This document shows, piece after piece, positions 31,340-40,522 of a DNA stretch of 64,000 bases (the stretch's first letter is position 1; the number at the start of each line of letters is the position of its first letter). The stretch lies in NCBI GenBank assembly GCA_963799775.1, contig CAWCYD010000003.1:1992128-2056127 (forward strand). Direction: 5' to 3'. Below the pieces are notes generated by a model. The model saw only the letters and a list, made by a program, of their open reading frames with translations, did not search any database and was not told the DNA's origin. A program made the position numbers and the translations under genes. This stretch comes from an uncultured archaeon. GTDB taxonomy: Archaea > Thermoproteota > Nitrososphaeria > Nitrososphaerales > Gagatemarchaeaceae.

Positions 31340-32562
31340 GGCTTAAGTATGCAACTCAACTCGTGGGACGTGAAGGCCATCAAGGGAGTCAAGTTCGCCT
31401 ACAAGCCCACGCCTCGCTCCCTCGAACTACTCTCGGCTTTCAAAGGGATGGTCAACGATGCAATCAGAATCTGCCTTAACGAGAACGTCAGAGGACGATT
31501 GAGGCTAAGAGACAGGATCTACAGGGAATTCCAAGAAAGCTACGGAGTCGTGTCCTGCTTTCCATATTCGGTCGCTGAGGTCGCGTGGTCCATCGTCAAG
31601 AAGCACAGGCGGTGGCACCGAAGGCCGTACGCGAAGCGACTGGTGTTCAAGATGGATGCAGCGAACTACTCGCTCAACTACTCGATACTTTCACTGCCGT
31701 TCCAGAAAGCTGAACGGCGAATACTGATCCCATTGCAATACGGCGAATACCAGCGGTCGTTCCTGATGGACAAGACATTGAAGCGGGGCTCGGTGACATT
31801 GACAGAGTCGTCAATAGTCATTGCTTTCTCTAAGGAGACGCCGACCATGGAGCCTTCCAGGAAGGTCGGCTACGACCTAAACGAGAAATCAATCGTCGGG
31901 AGCGATGGAGACCTTGTACGACCTCTCAGAGGTTGCAAGATTGCACACGCTCTATGGGGTCCGGCGCTCCAGATTCTATGAGAGGCACCCTAACGACAGA
32001 CGATTAAAGAAGAAGTTCGCATCATCAAGAAGAGAGAAGGAAAGGGTCAGTCAGGAACTCCATTGGGTCTCGACGCTAATCGTCGAGAAGGCAAGGGCTA
32101 ACAACGAAGCGATCGTTCTCGAGAGGCTAAAGGGAATCAGATGTGCTCACAAGAAGGGGAACGGAGAAGGAAGGGCCACAAGACGCAGGATCGCTCTCTG
32201 GCCATTCAGGCAGCTGCAATCATACATCGATTATAAGGCGAAGTGGGCTGGAGTGCCAATCGAATACGTCTCTGCGGCCTATACCTCGAAGACGTGTCAT
32301 CTTTGTGGCTACATCAATCGGAAGCTGAAGATCACCGATAGGAGCTGGCTATGCCCTCGTTGTGGTGCTAAGCTCGAACGCGACCCGAATTCGGCAGTCA
32401 ATATCGAGGGTCGTGGGAAGATAAGATGTCTGGGTGAGGCTCACTCAGGAGCGCGAGGCATGCATGAAGCTATGAAGGGGAACGAGACGACGACGGCTCC
32501 AATCCTCCGAGCAGAAGCCTCGAAGCCAGGTCTACGAAACATCCTGTAGACTTAACAGAGCC
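31340..32562 (+). mobile_element. non-autonomous tnpB-only element (IS200/IS605- or IS607-derived), no tnpA
   Basis: tnpB with a 3' hairpin GTCTAC-N10-GTAGAC (32530-32551) followed by TTAACAGAGCC. Lower GC than the flanks. Left end not identifiable. Confidence 0.65.
31370..32549 (+). CDS. tnpB: TnpB RNA-guided endonuclease (frameshift ~31912)
   Basis: RuvC-I GYDLNE, RuvC-II IVLERL, YTSKTCHLC...CPRC zinc ribbon and RuvC-III RDPNSA. Confidence 0.88.
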
Positions 32563-32580
32563 AATAGAAATCCGCCGCAT
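32400..32580 (+). ncRNA. putative omega-RNA of the first TnpB (scaffold to ~32562, flank-derived guide after)
   Basis: Overlaps the tnpB 3' end and includes GAAGCTATGAAGGGGAAC...AATCCTCCGAG plus a terminal hairpin. Boundaries inferred. Confidence 0.5.
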
Positions 32581-32693
32581 TCGCGGGACCGATTTTTGCC
32601 TATAAACAATCTCCGGCCAGTGTGTCGACTGGCCCGTCGCTCGAAACAAAGCTCATTTACAGGGCGATGGGAAACGCACGCTCGCGTTTTCTC

Positions 32694-33741
32694 TTGAAGC
32701 TGGCCGTCTACGGTCCGCAGCGCCTGGGCCTTGTCATCGGCGACAAGGTCGTCGACATGCAGAAGGCGACCGCGGCCTATCTCGCCTCACAAGGCTCGGG
32801 CTCCCGCTCATCAGACGAGGCTGAGGAGGTCGTGGGGCACACGCTGCGGGCCTTCATCGAGGGGGGCGCCCGGTCTCTCAAGATGGCAAGGGTGGTCCAG
32901 GCCTACGCGAGAGACGAGCTCGAGGTGATGAGGGGCGAACGCGGCGAGAAGATTGCCTTCCGGATGGGCGGGGCGAAGCTCCGCGCCCCCGTCACGGACA
33001 GCTACAGGTTCAAGGTCATGTGCATCGGCGCGAACTTCGCTGACCATTTCGTCGGGCTCTCGAAGAACTCTCCCGCGTCTATAGGGGGCGAGAAGAAGGC
33101 CATGACGCTCGAAGAAGCGCGGGCACACGCGCTGGGTCTCCCACCGTGGGGCTTCTACAAGATGGGGAGCAGCATAGCAAACCCCGGCGACGAGGTGCCC
33201 CTACCCTTCAAGGGCTAAGCTGCTCGACTACGAAGGGGAGGTCGCCCTGATCATAGGGAAGCGGGGGAAGGACATCAAGCGAGTCGACCTCCAAGACTAC
33301 GTCTTCGGCTACACCCTCTTCAACGACTTCTCGCTGCGCGACAACATGGACAAAGGCGTGATGAACTTCGCCAGGGTGAAGAACTTCCAAGGCTCGGGGG
33401 CGCTCGGGCCCATAGTGACGCTCAAGGACGAGGCCCCCGACCCGCAGGGCATCGACTTCTCGACAACTGTCAACGGGGAGCTCAGGCAGAGGGGAAACAC
33501 GAAGGACATGATCCGGGGGTTCGGGGAGTGGATCGAGTTCCTCTCGGCGGACTCCGAGCTCAACCCGGGAGACGTGATAGCCTCCGGGACTTGCGCGGGG
33601 ACGGCCGCGGACAGCAGCAAGAGAGACAAGGAAGGCAACCCTGACCCTGAGAGGTTCCTGAAGGCGGGCGACGTCGTAGAGGTCTCCTCGAAGATGCTCG
33701 GGGCGACGCTTAGGAACAAGATAGTGGCGAAGCCGCGCTAG
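32694..33741 (+). CDS. fumarylacetoacetate (FAA) hydrolase-family protein (frameshift ~33213)
   Basis: CIGANF, LDYEGEVALIIGK, GYTLFNDFSLRD, KNF...LGP and LNPGDVIASGT motifs. Confidence 0.88.
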
Positions 33742-33763
33742 ACTCTCGGGTTTCCAGCCGTTT

Positions 33764-34366
33764 TCAAGCCTTGGAAATCTCGGTGTACGCCTCTCTCATC
33801 GCATCGATGCTCTTCTCTAGCGCGGCGCCCAGCGAGGCGAGGGTCTTGCGCGGCTCCACAAGGGCCGCGATCGTGAAGACGAGCATCCCGCGCGACCCGA
33901 CCCGCTTCAGCTCGAGGTGCACGCGTCTCTTCTTGGCAATCCTTGAGATCTCGGATTCGTATCTCTTGATTCTCTCCATCACGATGGGATACTTCTGCTC
34001 CAAGTCCCTCTGGAACACGGGGTCCTTCTCGAGCCTGGAGTAGTCGATGTCGAGGGACTGGTTCACCCCCTCCTCCCCATAAGCGAGCTCTATCCAGTCG
34101 ATCGTGTCGCCGACCGCCAAGGACTCGAGCCACATCCCCACGCGCTTCTCCTTCCACACGGTGTTGAGGTAGGGCGCCCTGCCGATCTCGTCCTTGTTCC
34201 TGCACCTCATGAACCACTCCAGGCGCTCCAACGAGAGGGGGAAACCGGGGTGGGGCTCGACTATCTCGAAGTGGACCCCGGTCGCTTTGGAGACTGTCTC
34301 CCTGACGAACTCCTTCTCGTTTGTCTTCGTCATCTTGCTTCGCCCAGTCGCGGCGGCTTTCTTCAT
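33764..34366 (-). CDS. hypothetical soluble protein
   Basis: 200-aa ORF with host codon usage and a TATA-like element upstream. No motif recognised. Confidence 0.7.
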   Translation of the reverse strand: MKKAAATGRSKMTKTNEKEFVRETVSKATGVHFEIVEPHPGFPLSLERLEWFMRCRNKDEIGRAPYLNTVWKEKRVGMWLESLAVGDTIDWIELAYGEEGVNQSLDIDYSRLEKDPVFQRDLEQKYPIVMERIKRYESEISRIAKKRRVHLELKRVGSRGMLVFTIAALVEPRKTLASLGAALEKSIDAMREAYTEISKA

Positions 34367-34487
34367 GGGTTTCCAGTCATTGGGGGTGTCTCTGACTATT
34401 AGCCCTTATCCAAAGAAAGAGCACTCTGCTCAGCGCTAGTGAGGTCGTCTTGATTCGGGGTTGACGGCTAAACACAGGTAACGCTGG

Positions 34488-34949
34488 CTACTGCTTCCAA
34501 GACAGCGCGAGCGCCCCTCCGACGACGCCCAGAATGGCGCCGAGGAAGAAACCACCCATCCCGATGAAACTTACAATCGAAAAGGCCAGTATGAGCGTCC
34601 CCCAGGTCGGCGTCTGGGCGGGTTTGCTATAGATCATCGCCGCGCCAATCAGGATGATGATCCCCGAGACGAGGCCGATAGCGCCCAGCCCATAGAACAT
34701 CCCTCCTCCCCCAAAGCCTAGTCCGTTCATCATCCCATAATAGCTCCCCATCATCCCCCCATAGTAGCCTCCCATCATCCCGCCGTAGTGGTAAGGCGAG
34801 CCGCCCGTCGGGAAGGTCGTCATGACCGCGGCGCTGCCGGCGAGTATGCACAACCCCGCTATGAGCGAGAGAACGAACGCGGCGGTGGGTCGCTCGACGG
34901 TCTTTTCAATCACTGCCGCTTGCGTGGTGCTGCCTGCCATCTTCGACAA
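34488..34949 (-). CDS. membrane protein with a Gly/Met/Tyr-rich loop (DUF6114-like C-terminus)
   Basis: PTAAFVLSLIAG, GGMMGGYYGGMMGSYYGMMNG and GGFFLGAILGVVGGALAL segments. Confidence 0.75.
   Translation of the reverse strand: MSKMAGSTTQAAVIEKTVERPTAAFVLSLIAGLCILAGSAAVMTTFPTGGSPYHYGGMMGGYYGGMMGSYYGMMNGLGFGGGGMFYGLGAIGLVSGIIILIGAAMIYSKPAQTPTWGTLILAFSIVSFIGMGGFFLGAILGVVGGALALSWKQ
34725..34795 (-). repeat. three imperfect 21-24-bp tandem units encoding YYGGMMG
   Basis: catcatccc recurs three times on the + strand. Confidence 0.65.
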
Positions 34950-35122
34950 TCACTTGATTGTGTTTGGGGAGCCGACCGTTAATAACCTGAGTGGCCGATT
35001 CTCGGCTGAGAGAATCATCCTGCCGCAGGTCATGGTCGGGAGTGCCGCGGTGCCACATCATGATTCGGCGCGTTTCATCGTCAACAACCCTTATCAAGGA
35101 CCGCGACCGCGAATTTCCCAGT

Positions 35123-35833
35123 TTGAAGCTCAAGGTAGCCCTCGTGCTCGCAGCGTTGTCACTCCTCGCACTGGTCCCTCTCGTGCAGGCGACCACGACG
35201 AGCAGCTCGAGCGCCCCTTCTACGGGGTCGGTGACCTACAGCGTCCAGGCGACGCTGAACGGGACGAGCAAGGCAGCGACCGTGACCGAGACGGTGACGT
35301 CCGGCGCGACTGCGGGAGACTCGATAGTCATGCTCGCGGTTAGCGGCACGCAGAGCAACTTCACCTACTCGCACGTGGTCAACTCGTCTCTGACTCTCCT
35401 GCCATACCTGCCTGCCATCACGAACGAGAGCTACTCCTACGCCGGGAAGAACTACAGCGTCGTTGCAAGCATCTCTCAGCACGGGACATCGCAGGCCACT
35501 TTCCAGGGCAAGTCCTACACCCTGACGGACTACTCGTTCTCAGCCACGATCACCACGACGAACGGGACTCAAAACATCGCGGGCACCGTCTCCGCCTTCC
35601 CGTCAGACCTGGTCTACTCGGTCAGCGCGCATGGGACGAGCTCCAGCGTCACGGCTACACTGACCTCGACCACGCTTTCCCTGACCGGCGCGTCGATGTC
35701 ACCCGCGCTCCAGGCCACTTCCGCAGGCGTGGGTGTCTCTCTCGCGATTGGCGCGGTGGCGCTCTCCCTCGGGGTCAAATTCAGGAACAAGCCCCAGTCA
35801 CCCGGGCCCAAGCCCGACCACTGGGTCGACTAG
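35123..35833 (+). CDS. secreted Ser/Thr-rich protein with a C-terminal anchor
   Basis: MKLKVALVLAALSLLALVPLVQA signal peptide, C-terminal TM helix and a KPDHWVD tail. First gene of the ABC-2 operon. Confidence 0.72.
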   Translation: MKLKVALVLAALSLLALVPLVQATTTSSSSAPSTGSVTYSVQATLNGTSKAATVTETVTSGATAGDSIVMLAVSGTQSNFTYSHVVNSSLTLLPYLPAITNESYSYAGKNYSVVASISQHGTSQATFQGKSYTLTDYSFSATITTTNGTQNIAGTVSAFPSDLVYSVSAHGTSSSVTATLTSTTLSLTGASMSPALQATSAGVGVSLAIGAVALSLGVKFRNKPQSPGPKPDHWVD

Positions 35834-35907
35834 ACTCTTCTTCGAATCCGCCTATACTCGATAAACCCAAAAGCTCTGGTATCCTCAAGAGCGAGTGAAA
35901 AGAAAGT

Positions 35908-36849
35908 TTGGACGAGGTCGTCAGCTTCCAGCAGGCGGTCAAGGACTATGGCCCGAAGGTCATAGGCCCCGTCTCATTCACGGTCACCAGCGGAGAGATC
36001 GTCGGGTTCCTCGGCCCCAACGGCTCGGGCAAGTCGACAACGATCCGGATGCTCCTGGGCCTCATCAAGCCAACTTCAGGCGTGGTGAGGCTCATGCAGA
36101 TGGACCCCTTGCGCCAGCACGCCAAGGCCCTCGAGAACGTGGGCTACTCGCCGGAGCTCCCGAACCTCCAGTCCTTCCTCAGTCCACGAGAGCTCCTCCG
36201 ACTCACTGCGCGGGAGCTGGGCCTCGACACGGGCGGGGAGACGGCAACGCAGCTAGTCGACATCCTCGAGGACGTGGGCCTCGTCCAATACGCGGACTAC
36301 AAGATAGCGAAGCTGAGCAAGGGCATGGTCCAGAGGCTGAGCGTCGCCCAGGCCCTGGTGGGCACGCCGAGAATCCTCATCCTCGACGAGCCGATGATCG
36401 GCATCGACCCCGCTGGCGTGGTCCAGTTCCGCTCGCTCTTCCGGGACTTTGTCAAGGACGGCGGGACGATAATCATGTCCTCTCACATCCTCTCCGAGGT
36501 CGAGTCGCTCTGCACTAGCCTCGCGGTGATCCACTCGGGGAGGATGGTCTTCCGAGGCGACATCCAGGGCTTCATCCGCCAGAGCCTGAGCTCGAGGAGC
36601 CTCGTCGTCGAGCTGGGTCCGCCAGGCCCAGACCAGCAGCTTGTCCACCGCGTCTCCTCGATAGCGGGCGTGAAGAAGGTCACCACGACCCCCACGGGCC
36701 TCTCGGTCGAGATGGGGAAGGACACCGACCCCAGGGCCGAGATAGCCAAGGCAGTCGTCGAGTCCGGGGGGAGGCTTCTGGGCCTCCGCTACTCCGGGAG
36801 CGAGCTTGACGAGGCCTACATCAGCGCCATAAGGGGGCCTGCCAACTGA
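35908..36849 (+). CDS. ABC-2 exporter ATP-binding protein
   Basis: GPNGSGKST, LSKGMVQR, ILDEP and SSHIL motifs. Confidence 0.93.
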   Translation: MDEVVSFQQAVKDYGPKVIGPVSFTVTSGEIVGFLGPNGSGKSTTIRMLLGLIKPTSGVVRLMQMDPLRQHAKALENVGYSPELPNLQSFLSPRELLRLTARELGLDTGGETATQLVDILEDVGLVQYADYKIAKLSKGMVQRLSVAQALVGTPRILILDEPMIGIDPAGVVQFRSLFRDFVKDGGTIIMSSHILSEVESLCTSLAVIHSGRMVFRGDIQGFIRQSLSSRSLVVELGPPGPDQQLVHRVSSIAGVKKVTTTPTGLSVEMGKDTDPRAEIAKAVVESGGRLLGLRYSGSELDEAYISAIRGPAN

Positions 36850-37689
36850 GGCTCGGAAGGGTCCTGACCTTCGCCAGGTATGAGGCCCGCCGGGCCGTCG
36901 CGAGGAAGAAGGGCATAGCGCTCGTCGCGCTCACGATCCTCATCGGGACAGCGCCCTACTACCTGCTCGACGTCATCCACACCTCGCTTGTCACGCCGCC
37001 TCTCCGGCCCTACATGTGGATACTCGGCGTCTTCCTCCCACAGGCCTTCTTCGTCCAGTTCACGGCCCTCCTGATAGCTGCGGGCTCGATGTCCGAGGAG
37101 TACGAGCAGGGCACGGCGGAGGTTCATCCTCTCAAAGCCCGTCTCGAGGGAGGAGTACTTCTTCGGCAAGTATCTCGGCGGCTACGCCCTCCTCGTCGCG
37201 ATAATGATACTCGACGCCGTCCTGAGCGTCACCTCCGCGACCTTCGTCTTCGGCCCTCAGACGGACCTTGGCATCCTCCCGGAGACCCTGCTCGCACAGG
37301 CCTTCGCCGCGACCGTCTTCTACTCCTTCGCCTTCATGTTCGGCGAGCTGCTCCGGAGGTCGTCCCTCTCCTACATCATCTCGTCCTCCGTCTTCTTCAC
37401 CAGCGGTGTGATCGGGGTCTATCTCAACGTCCTCTTCAGCCTCACGGGCAGCGCCATCTATAGGACGGCCAACTTCTACCTGCCGACCTCCCCGGTCGAC
37501 TCGCTCCCGCTCCTCCTCGCGGAGCCGAAGTTCCCCAGCGCCGTCCTCACCATCTTAAGGTTCGGGGCCACCCCGATAGAGCCCTCGGTGCTCGTCTCTG
37601 CCCTCCTGATCGCGGCCTATGCGCTGACCGCGGTCATAATTGCTCTCGCCTACTTCAGCGACAAGGATGTCGCGAAGCGCGTGACCTAG
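36846..37689 (+). CDS. ABC-2 exporter permease (probable CTG start; frameshift ~37125)
   Basis: SEEYEQGT...LSKPVSR..YFFGKY motif. The frame is open from the CTG that overlaps the upstream TGA. Confidence 0.82.
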
Positions 37690-37883
37690 AAAGCAACCCG
37701 CCGCCACCCTCCGCGCGGCCAGAAGGCCATCGCCAGTCCGATAACGATGAGCGCGATTGCGAGAACCACTCCGAGGAAACCTAGGACCAGCACAATCAGG
37801 TCGAGGAAGACGTGCCGCAGGATGTAGAGGAGCACAAGGCCCACGAGGGCGAGCAAGATTCCGAAGATTGCCTGGGATCGCAT
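37686..37883 (-). CDS. small 2-TM membrane protein
   Basis: 65-aa hydrophobic ORF with a TATA-like TTTAATA upstream. Confidence 0.65.
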   Translation of the reverse strand: MRSQAIFGILLALVGLVLLYILRHVFLDLIVLVLGFLGVVLAIALIVIGLAMAFWPRGGWRRVAF

Positions 37884-37963
37884 CTTAGGCCTCCCTCTGC
37901 GCGACTCCTCTGTCTATTAAATCGCGCCCGCTCGGATGTTCTCTCGAGTTGTTGTTCGGTGCC

Positions 37964-38416
37964 CTACGGGGTCACTGTGGTCGTGACGGTAGTAGTGACC
38001 GTCGGCGTGCTGTATGTGCACCTGGTCACGGTGACGGTTTGGGTGTAGCTCGTCGAGGTCGTCGTCATCGTGGTAGTGGTCGTGGAGGCCGGGGGCGTTG
38101 GTCCGACTGTGATCGTGGTGGTGGTCGTTTCAATAGGGCCCAATAAGGTGCAGGCGGTGGTCGGAATAGCATAACTCGTCGTAGCCTGGGAGGCCTGCGA
38201 AGTGAGGGTCTCCGTCACCGTGACGGTAGCGACCGCGGTGCTGGCTGACGAGGATTGACTCGATGTCGTTGTTACATTCAAAGGTGCCGTCGTGATGGCG
38301 ATGACTCCGACAAGAGCGGCAGTTATTATTCCCAGCGTGACCGCGACTCCGACCTGTCTCTTGTATTCGGCCAATCGGCATACCTCGGCTGAACCGTTTG
38401 TAGGCCGGGTATACAT
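37964..38416 (-). CDS. membrane-anchored Thr-rich (mucin-like) protein
   Basis: One TM helix followed by about 100 aa very rich in Thr with two Cys. Start uncertain (38416 or 38374). Confidence 0.65.
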   Translation of the reverse strand: MYTRPTNGSAEVCRLAEYKRQVGVAVTLGIITAALVGVIAITTAPLNVTTTSSQSSSASTAVATVTVTETLTSQASQATTSYAIPTTACTLLGPIETTTTTITVGPTPPASTTTTTMTTTSTSYTQTVTVTRCTYSTPTVTTTVTTTVTP

Positions 38417-38501
38417 TACTACAGTTTAGGAGGACGGATTCGGAGCTTGCCAATCCGTAGGAATATATAAGGCGAATCGGGCTTCTAGAAGACCTCAAGC
38501 C

Positions 38502-38939
38502 ATGTCAGCGGCTTCAGGGGGCGATGCCGGCGATGCATCGGACACTGCGCTGAAAGGAACCACGTACAAGGTCTACCGATACATTGCGAGGCAAAGCAAG
38601 CCAGTGGGCATTTCCGATGTCCAAAAGCGACTAGGGCTGTCCTCTCCCTCGGTGTCGCAATATCACATAAGAAAGCTTGTGCAGCTTGGCTTGGTTCGAG
38701 AAGAGCAAGGCGGGTACGTTATCGAAAGAATGGTGCTTGAGAACATCGTTAGGATAGGGAGAATGTCGTTTCCGGTGCAGACTGGGTACATCGCTTTCTT
38801 TGGAATCGCGCTTCTCGTGATGTTGGTGTTTCTACGGCCTGTGGCAATAACTTCTTCGTATGAGTTCGCGGTTGCCGTAAATGCGACAGCCCTCGCAGTC
38901 TCAATCTGGGAGACAAGGAAGAGTCTGAAACGCTTCTAG
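38502..38939 (+). CDS. membrane-anchored winged-helix transcription regulator (wHTH + 2 TM)
   Basis: LKGTTYKVYRYI...GISDVQKRLGLSSPSVSQYHIRKLVQLGLV, followed by two TM helices. Confidence 0.8.
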   Translation: MSAASGGDAGDASDTALKGTTYKVYRYIARQSKPVGISDVQKRLGLSSPSVSQYHIRKLVQLGLVREEQGGYVIERMVLENIVRIGRMSFPVQTGYIAFFGIALLVMLVFLRPVAITSSYEFAVAVNATALAVSIWETRKSLKRF

Positions 38940-39131
38940 GACTCTAGATTCTTGCGAATGCCATCATGAGGTTCCGTGCCCAATCATCTCGCGCTGATCA
39001 TTTGCGTCATTCCTTCCGAAGCGTCAGATCGGAGACCTCGTTACCCAGACTTCAAGTTTTCTGGCTGCTTCGGCCACGCCAAGGCCGGCCAGCACTTCGC
39101 GCCTACGTTTGTCTTTCTGCCCAAGTTCGGG

Positions 39132-39996
39132 TCAATTGTACTGACTGTACGAGAAACTATCTGCGTTGGTGTAGGTTCCGCTCATCGAGTTCAGATTGCC
39201 CGCTTCGCCTGTTGAGAGGTTGGAGCCTCCGCTTACCCATTCTATGCTCCCGCCACTATACGGCGTATTACCCGAGGTATAGCACGTGTTTGGTGTGACC
39301 GTGCTGGTCATGGAAGTAGGACCGAAGCCCGAGACAGACCAGCTTTGGCCCGTTGCCCATACCGCACATGAGTTGTTACTAAACCCGATTCCGGTGCTGA
39401 CTTCCCAACTATGCAGCGCTGTCAGGCTGGGAACCCGAATTCGGAGTGCACGCATACGTTCCATTTGCGCTATTGTAAAGCTCGAACGAATAGCTTGTGG
39501 CACTACTGAAGATTACGTAAAATGTGTCTGCATCGAAGCCGTCCGAGGAGAACAAGGCAAAAGCACAGGTCTGGGCAGATAAGCAACCGGGCGTACCCGC
39601 ACCTGTGGCGCAGACAATTATGTCCGCCCCATGATTTATGAAGATAAGCCACTGGGCACCGATGTACGATGAATTGGTCGAGTCATAATCCATGACTGTC
39701 AACTGAAGACTGAAACAAGGGGTCTCGCTGGCGTTGACGCACGCGATGGTGGTGGGGCCTGAAGAGTCAACCGAATAATTGTCACTGGTTGTCCATTCCA
39801 CTTTGGCATAATTTGTCAAAGGTGTGGCGGCTACTTGGTGGGCCACCTGGGCAGGCAGCACCGAAGGTCCCAGTCCGTAAATAGTGTCAATTGTTTGATG
39901 TGTCTGAGCCGACGCACCTGGAGGAATTAGTAATAGTGCTGATACTACTGCAAAGAGACCTACGACCTCCAGTTTGGATATTGCCCGGCGCATCAT
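39132..39996 (-). CDS. secreted Cys-containing protein, thermopsin/glutamic-peptidase-like (frameshift ~39440)
   Basis: N-terminal signal; FSLQL...GAQWLIF and C-terminal STGEAGNL resemble thermopsin-family motifs. Low GC. Confidence 0.5.
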
Positions 39997-40117
39997 TCTG
40001 TTCGGAAGTAATTTCGTTCTGACGTAAAAGGAAGATTAATCACTGATAAGACAGCTACATAATCAGCTGCTAGTACAATGTTCTGTAAGAGCACAGGGAA
40101 GTCTATCTACTATCGTC

Positions 40118-40477
40118 CTAGACCTCCCCTGTCTCTCGGTATCCCTTCAAAGTATTTTGTATGTAACTGAGTGCGATCGGGTCACTACACGTGAACTTGT
40201 AGGTCTTCTGTAATCGGTTTCCATGAACTTCTGTGGTGACCTCCACTACGAGGTGAAGTCGCAGCAACGAATACTCCGGCTCGTATGAGCCTGGTCGGCC
40301 GCGAATGACTCCGATAACTTCACTTGGGTAGAGACGTGTCTTGTGACAAATCTCCGAGACAGAAAGCGCATACAAACTCTTCATGAGAGTCCAAGCCACC
40401 AGACGCCGAACCCGACTTCTTAATGCGATATTCAGCAAACGACGATCGACATTAAAGTCGCGGTGGGTATCAGACAT
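40118..40477 (-). CDS. EarA-family (archaellum-operon activator-like) winged-helix regulator
   Basis: RSRVRRLV...SEICHKT..YPSEVIGVIRG..GSYEPEYSLLRLHLV matches the recalled EarA pattern (RS..R..I...SEI.R....PSNV.G.L.G....Y....SL..LGLV). Confidence 0.68.
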   Translation of the reverse strand: MSDTHRDFNVDRRLLNIALRSRVRRLVAWTLMKSLYALSVSEICHKTRLYPSEVIGVIRGRPGSYEPEYSLLRLHLVVEVTTEVHGNRLQKTYKFTCSDPIALSYIQNTLKGYRETGEV

Positions 40478-40522
40478 GACAAACCCAGAAGCTTGTTCTA
40501 CTGCCTTTGTATTTACGCATTT

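Noticed and set aside
32563-32582. Self-targeting by the first TnpB guide (partial matches near 41289 and 59243)
   Set aside because: Only 9 contiguous AT-rich bases match, which is expected by chance.
31900-33220. Programmed ribosomal frameshifts in tnpB or the FAA hydrolase
   Set aside because: No slippery heptamers are evident, and the same kind of shift occurs throughout the window.
35830-35870. tRNA-like TTCGAATCC
   Set aside because: No cloverleaf or acceptor stem surrounds it.
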